Below are positions 8,292 to 17,326 of a DNA stretch of 35,707 nt, in pieces. The notes below the pieces were generated by a model, which saw only the letters and a list, made by a program, of their open reading frames with translations, ran no database searches and had not been told where the DNA came from. Positions within the stretch are counted from its first letter, which is position 1; the number at the start of each line of letters is the position of its first letter. A program made the position numbers and the translations under genes. Origin of the DNA: Deltaproteobacteria bacterium (GTDB lineage: Bacteria; Desulfobacterota; Desulfobacteria; Desulfobacterales; JAUVGT01); contig JAUVGT010000001.1 of NCBI GenBank assembly GCA_030593645.1, forward strand, positions 1 through 35,707, given 5' to 3'.

Positions 8292-8567
8292 TATTTCATC
8301 AAATAAAACCTGGTCCTTTGGGCCAGGTCAGAGATAAATGGCTCTGCCATAAGAAATAATACAAAGTGCCTAAAGTGCCTAAAGTTCTGGAGTCGCTATA
8401 AGCTCCATCTTTTAAATAAAAACAGACAGGATTCATTAACTTTAGGCATTTTAGTCACTTTAGCGCACTTTAGGCACTTGTTAAATCCCCTTATAGGGGT
8501 GATCCACCGCCGCTAAAGCTATGGCGGACAAGTCAAAGCCGGGCCCTTTGGACCCGGATTTTTACTC
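8292..8567 (+). repeat. Repeat family B, copy 1 (composite element with inverted 9-10-bp unit arrays)
   Basis: It is nearly identical to 20351-20651. Its modules, in order, are:
- a left hairpin CCTGGTCC-TTT-GGGCCAGG preceded by AAATAAAA
- a forward array of 3 units (CAAAGTGCC TAAAGTGCC TAAAGTTCT, 8362-8388)
- a central A-rich module
- a reverse array of 4 units (CTTTAGGCA-type, about 8439-8476)
- hairpins CCCCTTATAGGGG and CCGCCGCTAAAGCTATGGCGG
- a right hairpin CCGGGCCC-TTT-GGACCCGG followed by ATTTTT (8539-8563). Confidence 0.85.
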
Positions 8568-8578
8568 TGGAGGAAACA

Positions 8579-9220
8579 ATGAACTGGTTTTTGGATATTT
8601 TAAGAAGTTCCATCGGCAAAAAACTGATGATGGCCGTTACCGGTCTTGGTTTTTGCGGGTTTATAACCGCGCATCTCGCGGGGAACCTGTTTATATATAA
8701 TGGTAAAGAGGCTTTCAATCTGTATGCCGAACGTCTGCATTCTCTGGGTCCGGTAATCACGGCTCTGGAGCTGGGGCTTTTATTTTTCGCGGTCATTCAT
8801 GTGTTGACCGGGGTCACCCTTTTTTATCAGAATATAATGGCAAGACCGGTCAGGTATGTCGTCAACAAGAGTGCGGGCGGCCGGAGTATCGGTTCGAGGA
8901 CGATGCCGTATTCCGGAGTTATTCTCCTGGTGTTTGTGGTCCTCCACTTGCTTGACTTTCATTTTGTGGATAAGACCGGAACAACAATCTATAAGCTCGT
9001 GGAGACCACATTTGCCGTTTCATGGTATGCGTTGTTTTATGTGTTCGCGGTGATTGTCGTTGCGATTCATGTCAGTCACGGGCTCTGGAGCGCGTTCCAA
9101 ACCATTGGAGCAAACCATCCCAAATACATGCCCGTGATTAAAACGGCAGGAATAATTTTTAGCATATCAATCGGTATTGGATTCGGCTTTATACCGATCT
9201 ATATTTTGATCTTTACCTGA
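8579..9220 (+). CDS. sdhC: Succinate dehydrogenase/fumarate reductase cytochrome b membrane anchor (single-subunit, type B)
   Basis: The 213-aa product has GGAGG 5 nt upstream. It has multiple hydrophobic helices with conserved His residues (ITAHLAG, AVIHVLTG, LHLLDFH, AIHVSHG). It is the only anchor gene preceding sdhA. Confidence 0.8.
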   Translation: MNWFLDILRSSIGKKLMMAVTGLGFCGFITAHLAGNLFIYNGKEAFNLYAERLHSLGPVITALELGLLFFAVIHVLTGVTLFYQNIMARPVRYVVNKSAGGRSIGSRTMPYSGVILLVFVVLHLLDFHFVDKTGTTIYKLVETTFAVSWYALFYVFAVIVVAIHVSHGLWSAFQTIGANHPKYMPVIKTAGIIFSISIGIGFGFIPIYILIFT

Positions 9221-9231
9221 AGGAGGTATGA

Positions 9232-11145
9232 ATGCACCTTGATTCAAAAATACCCGGCGGACCGCTACCTGATAAGTGGGATCGGCACCGGTTCGAACTG
9301 AAACTGGTCAATCCCGCGAATAAAAAAAAGTTTGAGATCATCGTTGTAGGTACCGGCCTGGCCGGGGGATCCGCTTCAGCGTCTCTGGCAGAGCTTGGAT
9401 ACAATGTTAAGACATTCTGTATTCAGGATAGTCCAAGACGGGCACATAGCATCGCCGCCCAGGGCGGGATCAACGCCGCAAAAAATTACACCAATGAAGG
9501 TGACAGTATCCAGCGTCTCTTTTATGACACCATCAAGGGCGGTGACTTCAGGGCCAGGGAAGCCAATGTTTACCGTCTTGCCCAGATCAGTAACCACATC
9601 ATTGACCAGTGTGTCGCGCAGGGGGTACCCTTTGCAAGGGATTACGGCGGACTTCTTGCCAACAGGAGCTTTGGAGGTGCCCAGGTTTCAAGAACTTTTT
9701 ACGCAAGAGGACAGACAGGACAACAGCTTCTTTTAGGTGCTTACAGCGCGTTGATGAGACAGGTGGCAGCCGGCATGGTTAAAATGTTTCCGCGCAGGGA
9801 GATGCTGGACCTTGTGATCATCAACGGAAAAGCAAGGGGGATTGTTGTCCGCAACCTGATAACCGGTGAGATTGAAACACATAAAGGTGATGCCGTTGTA
9901 TTGTCTACCGGCGGTTACGGAAACGTATTCTTCCTTTCAACCAATGCAATGGGAACCAATGTTTCAGCCGCTTTCAGGGCGTATAAAAAAGGCGCGCTTT
10001 TCGCGAATCCGTGTTATACGCAGATACACCCCACATGCATTCCGGTCCATGGAAAACATCAGTCCAAACTGACACTGATGAGTGAAAGCCTCAGAAATGA
10101 TGGGAGAGTGTGGGTTCCGAAAAATCCGGGAGATAAAAGACTGCCGCATCAGATTCCCGAATCGGAACGTGATTATTACCTGGAAAACAAGTACCCCAGT
10201 TTTGGGAACCTGGTACCCCGGGATGTGGCTTCACGTAACGCAAAGGAACAGTGTGATAACGGCAAAGGTGTCGGTAAAACCGGTCTGGCTGTCTACCTGG
10301 ATTTTGAAGATGCCATTAAACGGGATGGAAAGGATCTTATTGCCAAGAAATACGGTAACCTGTTTCATATGTACGATAAAATTACAGCGGATAATCCATA
10401 TGAAACACCCATGATGATTTATCCTGCCGTACACTACACCATGGGCGGTCTATGGGTGGACTACAACCTCATGAGCACCATTGACGGACTTTTTGTGATG
10501 GGGGAAGCGAATTTTTCAGATCATGGAGCGAACCGTCTCGGAGCCAGCGCGCTTATGCAGGGTCTCGCGGATGGATATTTTGTTATCCCTTATACCATTG
10601 GAGGTTATCTTGCCGGGACAACTCTGGAGGGAGTCAATGAAAGTCATTCGGCATTTACTGAATCAACTCAACACGTTAGAGAGGGTATCGAAAAACTGAT
10701 TTCCATAAACGGGAAACGGACTGTGGATGATTTTCATAAGCAGCTTGGCCTGATTATGTGGGATCACTGCGGCATGGCACGAAATGATCAGGGGCTTGAA
10801 AAAGCCCGCAGGCTGATCCAGGAACTTCGAGAAGAATTCTGGGAAAACGTGCGGGTGCCCGGATCAAATGTTGAATTCAATCAGAGCCTTGAACGCGCGG
10901 GGCGTGTGGCTGATTTTCTGGAATTTAGCGAATTAATGGTCATGGATGCTCTTGTCCGCCGGGAGTCGTGCGGCGGTCATTTTAATGAGGCATTCCAGAC
11001 CAGTGAAAATGAAGCAAAGCGGGATGATGAGAATTTCAGTCATGTTTCCGCGTGGGATTACAAAGGTAAAGATGCGGATCCTGTTATGCGTAAGGAGCAA
11101 CTGGTATTTGAACATGTGGAATTATCACAAAGGAGTTACAAATGA
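9232..11145 (+). CDS. sdhA: Succinate dehydrogenase/fumarate reductase flavoprotein subunit
   Basis: The 637-aa product has the FAD-binding motif [19 protein letters not shown]. It has the covalent-FAD region [14 protein letters not shown] and the active-site region [10 protein letters not shown]. Confidence 0.93.
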   Translation: MHLDSKIPGGPLPDKWDRHRFELKLVNPANKKKFEIIVVGTGLAGGSASASLAELGYNVKTFCIQDSPRRAHSIAAQGGINAAKNYTNEGDSIQRLFYDTIKGGDFRAREANVYRLAQISNHIIDQCVAQGVPFARDYGGLLANRSFGGAQVSRTFYARGQTGQQLLLGAYSALMRQVAAGMVKMFPRREMLDLVIINGKARGIVVRNLITGEIETHKGDAVVLSTGGYGNVFFLSTNAMGTNVSAAFRAYKKGALFANPCYTQIHPTCIPVHGKHQSKLTLMSESLRNDGRVWVPKNPGDKRLPHQIPESERDYYLENKYPSFGNLVPRDVASRNAKEQCDNGKGVGKTGLAVYLDFEDAIKRDGKDLIAKKYGNLFHMYDKITADNPYETPMMIYPAVHYTMGGLWVDYNLMSTIDGLFVMGEANFSDHGANRLGASALMQGLADGYFVIPYTIGGYLAGTTLEGVNESHSAFTESTQHVREGIEKLISINGKRTVDDFHKQLGLIMWDHCGMARNDQGLEKARRLIQELREEFWENVRVPGSNVEFNQSLERAGRVADFLEFSELMVMDALVRRESCGGHFNEAFQTSENEAKRDDENFSHVSAWDYKGKDADPVMRKEQLVFEHVELSQRSYK

Positions 11146-11906
11146 CAAAGACCATTAATCTGACTTTAAAGGTCTGGCGTCAAAAAGGACCTGAACATAA
11201 GGGGCATCTGGAAACATACAGGGCGGATCATATTTCAACCGATATGTCATTTCTGGAGATGATCGATATTGTAAACGACAATTTAACACTGGATGGTGAT
11301 GATCCGATTGCATTTGATCACGACTGCAGGGAGGGGATTTGCGGTATGTGCGGGACTGTTGTAAATGGCCGTGCGCATGGTCCTGAAAAAGAGACCACAT
11401 TATGTCAGCTGCATATGAGACATTTCTCAGACGGTGATACTATTGTAATCGAACCGTGGCGTTCGAGGGCTTTTAAAATAATAAAGGATCTCGTGGTTGA
11501 CCGAAGCGCTTTGGACAAAATTATTGCCGCAGGAGGCTATATATCCGTGAACACCGGCGGCGCCCCGGATGGAAATTCAATACTGATACCACAGGATATT
11601 GCTGAGCTGGCTATGGACGCGGCTGCCTGTATCGGGTGCGGTGCCTGTGTTGCTTCGTGTCCAAATGCCTCCGCAATGCTTTTTATCGGTGCGAAGATTT
11701 CACAGCTTGCACTTTTGCCCCAGGGTAAACCCGAAGCGGCCGGCCGGGCGTTATCGATGGTTCGTGAGATGGACAGGCTTGGTTTTGGGAACTGTACAAA
11801 TGAAAAAGAGTGCGAAGCAGAATGCCCCAAGGAAATATCCATCACAAATATCGCGCGTATGAATCGTGAGTATTTTAAAGCCGGATATTTTTTTTCCAAG
11901 AAATAG
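11142..11906 (+). CDS. sdhB: Succinate dehydrogenase/fumarate reductase iron-sulfur subunit
   Basis: The 254-aa product starts in an ATGA overlap with sdhA. It has the 2Fe-2S motif [10 protein letters not shown] and the 4Fe-4S/3Fe-4S motifs [12 protein letters not shown] and [12 protein letters not shown]. Confidence 0.92.
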   Translation: MTKTINLTLKVWRQKGPEHKGHLETYRADHISTDMSFLEMIDIVNDNLTLDGDDPIAFDHDCREGICGMCGTVVNGRAHGPEKETTLCQLHMRHFSDGDTIVIEPWRSRAFKIIKDLVVDRSALDKIIAAGGYISVNTGGAPDGNSILIPQDIAELAMDAAACIGCGACVASCPNASAMLFIGAKISQLALLPQGKPEAAGRALSMVREMDRLGFGNCTNEKECEAECPKEISITNIARMNREYFKAGYFFSKK

Positions 11907-11991
11907 CGGGTTAAACCATTGGTAGTATGAACCGGAAAATAAGATCGATTACGTTTTGCCCCAAGTGTGCTGAATTCGTTCCTCCCTGGAT

Positions 11992-12017
11992 AAAAATTAC
12001 GGCCGCATGTAATTTTT
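11992..12017 (+). terminator. Weak AT-rich hairpin after sdhB
   Basis: AAAAATTAC-GGCCGCAT-GTAATTTTT forms a 9-bp AT-rich stem followed by an A-run. It is a marginal terminator candidate. Confidence 0.25.
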
Positions 12018-12097
12018 AAAAAAAAAATCAAGTTTTTCGGATGATTGTCCGATATTAATGTTGGAGATATCAATTCATTCATAAAAAAGGAGTCCAG

Positions 12098-12778
12098 ATG
12101 TCCGATTCAATCAATCTGGCAGGGAATACAATTCTTATTGTCGATGACGATACCATCAGTATCCAGATGGTTCAGGCCATCCTGGAAAAAGGTAAGTTTG
12201 ATATCATAACTGCGACAAATGGTAAAAAATGTATTGAAAAGGCAAGAAATTTTAAACCCCAGCTCATACTCCTTGATATTAAGATGCCTGAAATGAGCGG
12301 GATTGAAGTATGTAAGATTCTGCAGCAGGACCAAAATACACGCAGTATACCTGTTATTTTTGTAACAGCCGATACGGACAACAGCACATTGGAAGAAGCT
12401 TTTTATGCCGGCGGAACGGACTATGTCTGCAAACCCATAAACAGAGTGGAGTTGACGGCACGGATAAATTCAGCCATCACCCAGAGAATCATGAGCGACA
12501 GGCTTTTGGAAAAAGGGAAACTTAAAGCGATACTGGAGCTGGCCGGTGGTGTTTGCCATGAACTGAATCAACCCCTTCAGGTTGTTTCCGGATATACAAC
12601 ACTTTTGATGTCCGAAATTCCGGAAGATGATTCACGGTATGAAATGGTGGTCACGATTGCTGAACAGGTAGAGCGGATTACAGAAATCTCAAGGAAATTA
12701 ATGAATATCACACGGTATAAAACACGTCATTATCTTGGGGACAGTAAAATAATTGATATCAATGGAGCCTCTGAGTGA
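12098..12778 (+). CDS. Response-regulator receiver fused to a HisKA/DHp-like domain, with no HATPase domain
   Basis: The 226-aa product has AAGGAG upstream. The receiver shows ILIVDDD...LILLDIKMPEMSG...VCKPI. The C-terminus carries an H-box-like CHELNQPLQVVSGYTTLL. The ORF ends about 75 aa later with no N/G1/G2 boxes. Confidence 0.75.
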   Translation: MSDSINLAGNTILIVDDDTISIQMVQAILEKGKFDIITATNGKKCIEKARNFKPQLILLDIKMPEMSGIEVCKILQQDQNTRSIPVIFVTADTDNSTLEEAFYAGGTDYVCKPINRVELTARINSAITQRIMSDRLLEKGKLKAILELAGGVCHELNQPLQVVSGYTTLLMSEIPEDDSRYEMVVTIAEQVERITEISRKLMNITRYKTRHYLGDSKIIDINGASE

Positions 12779-12881
12779 TTACGGGCATGGTTTGAACCGG
12801 TCTCAAAAACACGTCAAAGTCTACGTAACATCTTAAAAACGCTACCATTGTAAATCATGAGGTGTATCCATTCAAAACTAT

Positions 12882-12897
12882 TGGCACATTGTTTGCA
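12882..12897 (+). promoter_or_regulatory. Sigma-54 (RpoN) -24/-12 promoter
   Basis: TGGCAC (12882-12887), ATTGT, TTGCA (12893-12897) is an exact match to the TGGCAC-N5-TTGCW consensus. It faces the STAS-cheA operon about 290 nt downstream. Confidence 0.6.
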
Positions 12898-13072
12898 GAA
12901 TTCATTGTTGTCTGCTGATGAGTTGTATGGAGATTGAGTCCGACACAGCGCAATGGAATCGATATCTGTGTTATACTAACAGAATAGTCTAATTCAGGAT
13001 CATCGACTGCCGTTTTCATTCAATCGGCTAATCGGCTTTTAGAGTTTAAATATCCGTAAACAGATCAATATC

Positions 13073-13086
13073 GTCAATTAATTGAC
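13073..13086. promoter_or_regulatory. Perfect 14-bp palindrome (candidate operator) in the che-1 leader
   Basis: GTCAATTAATTGAC lies between the sigma-54 promoter and the STAS start. Confidence 0.35.
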
Positions 13087-13184
13087 AAGGATATATTATA
13101 TTTTGAGTCATTTAAATAGTGTTAAGAATTATAATGGAGAACCAAGCTGCGGGTATTCTCAATAATGATAACAGGGAGGCTGAG

Positions 13185-13493
13185 ATGACGGCCGTTAATA
13201 ATCAACCGAATGGGAAGGTCATAAAACCGGGTAAAGACATTACAGCCGCGAAAGCAAACCAAATAAGGGCAAAACTGCTGAAAATAATGGAACAGGAGAT
13301 TAATAACATTATATTGGATTTTTCCGATGTAAAGAAAATTGATCCTGTGGGCTTGAGCATTATCCTCGCGGCGTATAACACACAGAAAAATACCGGAAAG
13401 AGCCTGTCTTTGGTCAATGTTCCCAAAAAACTCTATCATCTTTTTAAAACCATTCATCTTAACAGGCATTTTAATCTTGAAACAGCCGAATAA
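13185..13493 (+). CDS. STAS-domain protein (anti-sigma-factor-antagonist family)
   Basis: I place the start at the ATG at 13185, with GGGAGG 5 nt upstream. The ORF-track start at 13119 is GTG. The 102-aa product shows a STAS pattern (ILDFSDVKKIDPVGLSIILAAY...LSLVNVPKKLYHLFKTIHL). Confidence 0.7.
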   Translation: MTAVNNQPNGKVIKPGKDITAAKANQIRAKLLKIMEQEINNIILDFSDVKKIDPVGLSIILAAYNTQKNTGKSLSLVNVPKKLYHLFKTIHLNRHFNLETAE

Positions 13494-13659
13494 TCGAAGT
13501 ATCAGGAATTCATCCCGGGTCATCGATTTACCGAAATATACAAAAAACTGCATTTGAGAAGTGTTTTATCATTGAAATACTCATTAGATGCCGCGGACAA
13601 CCGATTGGGTCTCCAACGCTTTCCGTGAATGGTTGAACGCACATAAACTGGAGGAAATT

Positions 13660-16600
13660 ATGGGTAATATTGATGAAGAGACGTTTCAGCTTTTTATCAC
13701 AGAATCAGTGGAACATCTGCTAGATATTGAAAACGACCTCTTGGCTATTGAAAAAGCCGGGGCAGATATAGATGAAGAATTGGTAAACAAGGTATATCGT
13801 GCTGCGCATTCCATCAAAGGGAGTGCCGGTTTTATGGGGCTGAGTACCATCGGTGCCCTCACACACGAAATGGAAAATATACTTGGCAGGATCCGAAGCC
13901 GGGAAATGATTCCCAATACCCAAATTATAAATGTATTGCTGCTTGCCTCAGATAAACTGAGAGATCTCGTTAAAGATCCCACTTCGAGCAACGATATGGA
14001 TGTTGCCACGCATGTTGAAGCTTTAAAAGCGATAGAAATAGAAACATCTGTAGAAAGTGAAATAGAAGAAAAGAAAAAGGAATCCGAGGTCCCACTTCAA
14101 GAGATTGAAACAATTGATATTAAATTCCCGGGGAGGGATATTATTTTCAGCTTGAACAAAGCTGAGCTTGCAGATTCATTTGATGAGGGGAAAAGAGTAT
14201 ATCTGATAGAATTGGATCTGATTGAAGATGTTCACAGAAAAAATAAGTCCTTTGAAGGATTTATAAAGGAAATTACATCGACCGGATCTATTCTGGCAAG
14301 AGAGATTGATCTTAAAGAAATTGGTATGCTGGATCAAAAAGACTTACCCTCGAGTGTGCCGCTGATTATCGTATTTGCCACAATATTAAAACCGGAGGAT
14401 CTCATACTCCTTTTTTCATTGAATAAAGAAAAAATACTGACATTAGGCGCGAACCTCATTGTCAGTCCATTACCGGATACCAGGAAATCAAAAAGAACAG
14501 CCGTGAAGAAAGCACCCCAAAAAAAGGTAAAAATGCAAAAAGATAAAAAAAAGTTGTCTCCGAAAGAAGTGGTCATGGAAACTGACGATATCATAATGGC
14601 AGCCGCGGCTGCTTCAACCCCGGAAACAAGTTTGAGAGTGCATGTGAGCCTTCTTGATAATCTCATGACGCTGGCCGGTGAACTTGTATTGAGCCGTAAT
14701 CAGCTTCTTCAATCCATTGCCACCGGAGACAAAAGAATATCTGAAAGCGCGGGTCAGAGAATCGATCTGATCACTTCAGAATTGCAGGAAGCCATCATGT
14801 TAACCCGGATGCAACCAATCAGTAACGTGTTCAACAAATTTCCCCGAGTGGTTCGGGATTTATCCCGGGCTCTGGGTAAAGAAGTAGAACTGGGTATCGA
14901 AGGAAGAGAAGTAGAACTTGATAAAACAATCATTGAAGCGATCAATGATCCTTTAACCCATCTTGTTCGAAATGCAGTGGATCACGGCATAGAACTGCCT
15001 GATGAAAGAATCAGGATGGGTAAGAATTCTATCGGATCAATCTTCCTAAGGGCTTATCACTCGGCAGGGCAGGTAAATATCGAGATTTCTGATGACGGCA
15101 GGGGGCTGGATGGTGAAAGACTTGCCGCGACCGCTGTTTCCAAGGGTTTGATAACCGAAGACCAGGCACGGATGATGTCCGATAAAGAAAAAATAAATCT
15201 TATTTTTTTGCCGGGTTTTACTACAGCAAAAGAGGTTTCCAGTTTTTCCGGCCGAGGTGTTGGTATGGATGTTGTTAAAACCAATCTCGACAAGCTGGGC
15301 GGACAGACAGACGTCGAATCTCAACTGGGTGTTGGAACATCGGTTCGGATTAAACTGCCCCTTACCCTGGCGATTATTCCGAGCCAGATCACTCTGACAG
15401 GGGGGGAACGCTACGCCATTCCCCAAGTCAACCTCGAGGAGCTTCTCAGGATTCCCGCCAGCCAGGTAAAAGATCGGATCGAGCGAGTGGGTGACGCCGA
15501 GGTTGTCCGTTTGCGCGGGAACCTCCTGCCCTTAATCCGTTTGACTGACGTTATTGGTGCCAGATCTGTTTATTATGATCCAAATGAAAAAATCGAAAAA
15601 GTCGACAAGAGAAAAAATATCGCGGATAGGAGATCTAAAAAAAGCTCCATTTTGAAGAACGCGGAGAAGGATAAAAACGAAGAGAAAGTCCCTGACCGTA
15701 ATATTATCGAAAGAGAACAGCCCGACAGACGCTATCTGGCACAGAGCGCCTTGAATATTGTTGTGGTCTCTACAGGTGCAATGAAATACGGATTGGTTGT
15801 CGACCAGCTCTGCGATTCTGAAGAGATTGTCGTAAAACCCCTGGGAAGGCATTTAAAGAACTGCAAAGGATACGCGGGCGCCACAATTATGGGTGACGGT
15901 CGTGTTGCGCTGATACTCGATGTGGGTAACCTGGCGCGGATGGCCGGCCTGACTTCCCTTGAAGGGAGTGATCGCGCGGCTGAAGTGACCAGAAAAGTAG
16001 AAGAAGAAAGAGTTATTAAGACAGAAATGCAGTCACTTCTTGTTTTCAGGAGTGCGGTTGATGAACAGTTTGCCGTTCCCCTAAGCCAGGTGGAGCGCAT
16101 TGAAAAAATAAATGAAAAAATGATCGAAGATGTTGGAGGAAAAAAAGTAATGCAGTACCGGGGCGGAAGTCTTGCCCTGTTTACGATCGACCAGGTCGCC
16201 GATGTCAGACCCCTCGCTTCGGATGAAGATCTTCTTGTAATCGTATTCAGCATTACTGAGCGGGAAATCGGACTGCTAGGGATAGGACCTATAGACGCGG
16301 TGGAAGTATCAACCGAAATCGATGAGACCACACTCAGGCAGTCCGGGATTGTCGGTTCAATGATTGTAGGGGAAAATACGACCCAGCTGGTGGATGTGTA
16401 TGGACTGGTCAAAACCCTTAACCCGGAATGGTTTGTCGGAAAAAAAGCTGTTCCTTCAAACAAAGGAATCACACCGACCATCCTTTATGCGGAAGATTCC
16501 AATTTTTTTCGAAAACAGGTCACAAACTATATGAAGGATGAAGGATATAATGTGCTGGAGGCGGAAGATGGGCTTATCGCCTGGGAAGTGCTCCAGGAGC

Positions 16601-16857
16601 ACGCGGATGAGATATTATTGGTGGTTCTGGATATAGAAATGCCTAACCTTGACGGGTTTGGTCTGGCACAAAAAATCAGACAAGACGATCGTTTTTCTGA
16701 TATGCCGATCATCGCGGTCACGACCCTGGCCGGCGAGGAGGAAGTCGCACGCGGCAAGGAGGTCGGTATCGATGACTACCAAATCAAACTTGACCGGGAA
16801 AAACTGCTGAACAGTATTAAATACTATTTAGCAAGCATTATTGAGAGGAAAACATAA
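13660..16857 (+). CDS. cheA: Hybrid chemotaxis histidine kinase CheA (Hpt, dimerisation, HATPase, two CheW-like domains, REC)
   Basis: I place the start at the ATG at 13660, after GGAGG. The ORF-track start is 13588. Evidence by domain:
- Hpt: AAHSIKGSAGFMGL
- Dimerisation: LRVHVSLLDNLMTLAGELVLSRNQL
- N-box: HLVRNAVDHGIE
- G-box: GRGVGMDVV
- CheW-like regions: two
- Receiver: LVVLDIEMPNLDG. Confidence 0.92.
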   Translation: MGNIDEETFQLFITESVEHLLDIENDLLAIEKAGADIDEELVNKVYRAAHSIKGSAGFMGLSTIGALTHEMENILGRIRSREMIPNTQIINVLLLASDKLRDLVKDPTSSNDMDVATHVEALKAIEIETSVESEIEEKKKESEVPLQEIETIDIKFPGRDIIFSLNKAELADSFDEGKRVYLIELDLIEDVHRKNKSFEGFIKEITSTGSILAREIDLKEIGMLDQKDLPSSVPLIIVFATILKPEDLILLFSLNKEKILTLGANLIVSPLPDTRKSKRTAVKKAPQKKVKMQKDKKKLSPKEVVMETDDIIMAAAAASTPETSLRVHVSLLDNLMTLAGELVLSRNQLLQSIATGDKRISESAGQRIDLITSELQEAIMLTRMQPISNVFNKFPRVVRDLSRALGKEVELGIEGREVELDKTIIEAINDPLTHLVRNAVDHGIELPDERIRMGKNSIGSIFLRAYHSAGQVNIEISDDGRGLDGERLAATAVSKGLITEDQARMMSDKEKINLIFLPGFTTAKEVSSFSGRGVGMDVVKTNLDKLGGQTDVESQLGVGTSVRIKLPLTLAIIPSQITLTGGERYAIPQVNLEELLRIPASQVKDRIERVGDAEVVRLRGNLLPLIRLTDVIGARSVYYDPNEKIEKVDKRKNIADRRSKKSSILKNAEKDKNEEKVPDRNIIEREQPDRRYLAQSALNIVVVSTGAMKYGLVVDQLCDSEEIVVKPLGRHLKNCKGYAGATIMGDGRVALILDVGNLARMAGLTSLEGSDRAAEVTRKVEEERVIKTEMQSLLVFRSAVDEQFAVPLSQVERIEKINEKMIEDVGGKKVMQYRGGSLALFTIDQVADVRPLASDEDLLVIVFSITEREIGLLGIGPIDAVEVSTEIDETTLRQSGIVGSMIVGENTTQLVDVYGLVKTLNPEWFVGKKAVPSNKGITPTILYAEDSNFFRKQVTNYMKDEGYNVLEAEDGLIAWEVLQEHADEILLVVLDIEMPNLDGFGLAQKIRQDDRFSDMPIIAVTTLAGEEEVARGKEVGIDDYQIKLDREKLLNSIKYYLASIIERKT

Positions 16858-17315
16858 TGTCAAAACCAGCGGAAAACAATTCAGAAAACAAGATAATAGA
16901 ACTCGCCACATTTTACGTGGGCGGGGCTGTATGCGGTATGGATATTCTCAAGATACAGGAAATCAATAAACTTATGGAGATGACTCAAGTACCCCAGGCG
17001 TCGGAATATGTTATGGGCATTCTCAACTTGAGAGGACAGATTGTTACGATTATTGATCTGGCAAGAAAACTCGGTCTGGCATCAACACAGGTAAATGAAA
17101 AAACGCGGAATATAATTGTTAACTCAAAAAGCGAACATGTGGGGCTCCTGGTTGACAGGATCAGCGATGTTATACCTGCGGATAAAACCAAGATAGAGCC
17201 CCCCCCGGTAAATCTGGGAGGTGTCCAGGGCAAGTATTTTAAAGGTGTTTTTAAGACCAGTAAACTCCTTGTCGGTATTCTTGAGATAGAGGAAGTCCTT
17301 AAAGCAGATCAATAG
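16857..17315 (+). CDS. cheW: Chemotaxis coupling protein CheW
   Basis: The 152-aa product starts in a TAATG overlap with cheA. It has CheW-domain motifs (LATFYVGGAVCGMDILKIQEI...GILNLRGQIVTIIDL...VGLLVDRISDV). Confidence 0.9.
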   Translation: MSKPAENNSENKIIELATFYVGGAVCGMDILKIQEINKLMEMTQVPQASEYVMGILNLRGQIVTIIDLARKLGLASTQVNEKTRNIIVNSKSEHVGLLVDRISDVIPADKTKIEPPPVNLGGVQGKYFKGVFKTSKLLVGILEIEEVLKADQ

Positions 17316-17326
17316 GAAGTTCATTT

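Noticed and set aside
8362-8476. Short direct repeats (TAAAGTGCC) that could be mistaken for a CRISPR array.
   Set aside because: The units are only 9-10 bp, contiguous with no spacers, and present in both orientations inside a larger repeated element. This is not CRISPR.
11537-12082. A 181-aa minus-strand ORF spanning the sdhB 3' half and the downstream spacer.
   Set aside because: It is mostly antisense to sdhB. It has no recognisable domain or SD, and its composition is typical of a shadow frame.
13588-13659. Longer ORF-track starts for cheA-1 (13588), the STAS gene (13119), CheY (26482), the SBP (23483), pal (2958/3616) and the HD gene (7618).
   Set aside because: In each case an internal ATG is preceded by a strong GGAGG-type SD and gives the canonical N-terminus or signal peptide. 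The extensions lack an SD or use rare start codons.
15732-16481. A 249-aa ORF antisense to cheA-1. Similar long antisense ORFs lie at 17640-18107, 21041-21511 and 13122-13553.
   Set aside because: They lie fully within well-supported genes on the other strand. Their products are Ser/Thr/Pro/Ile-rich with no motifs, and they have no RBS. They are typical shadow ORFs.
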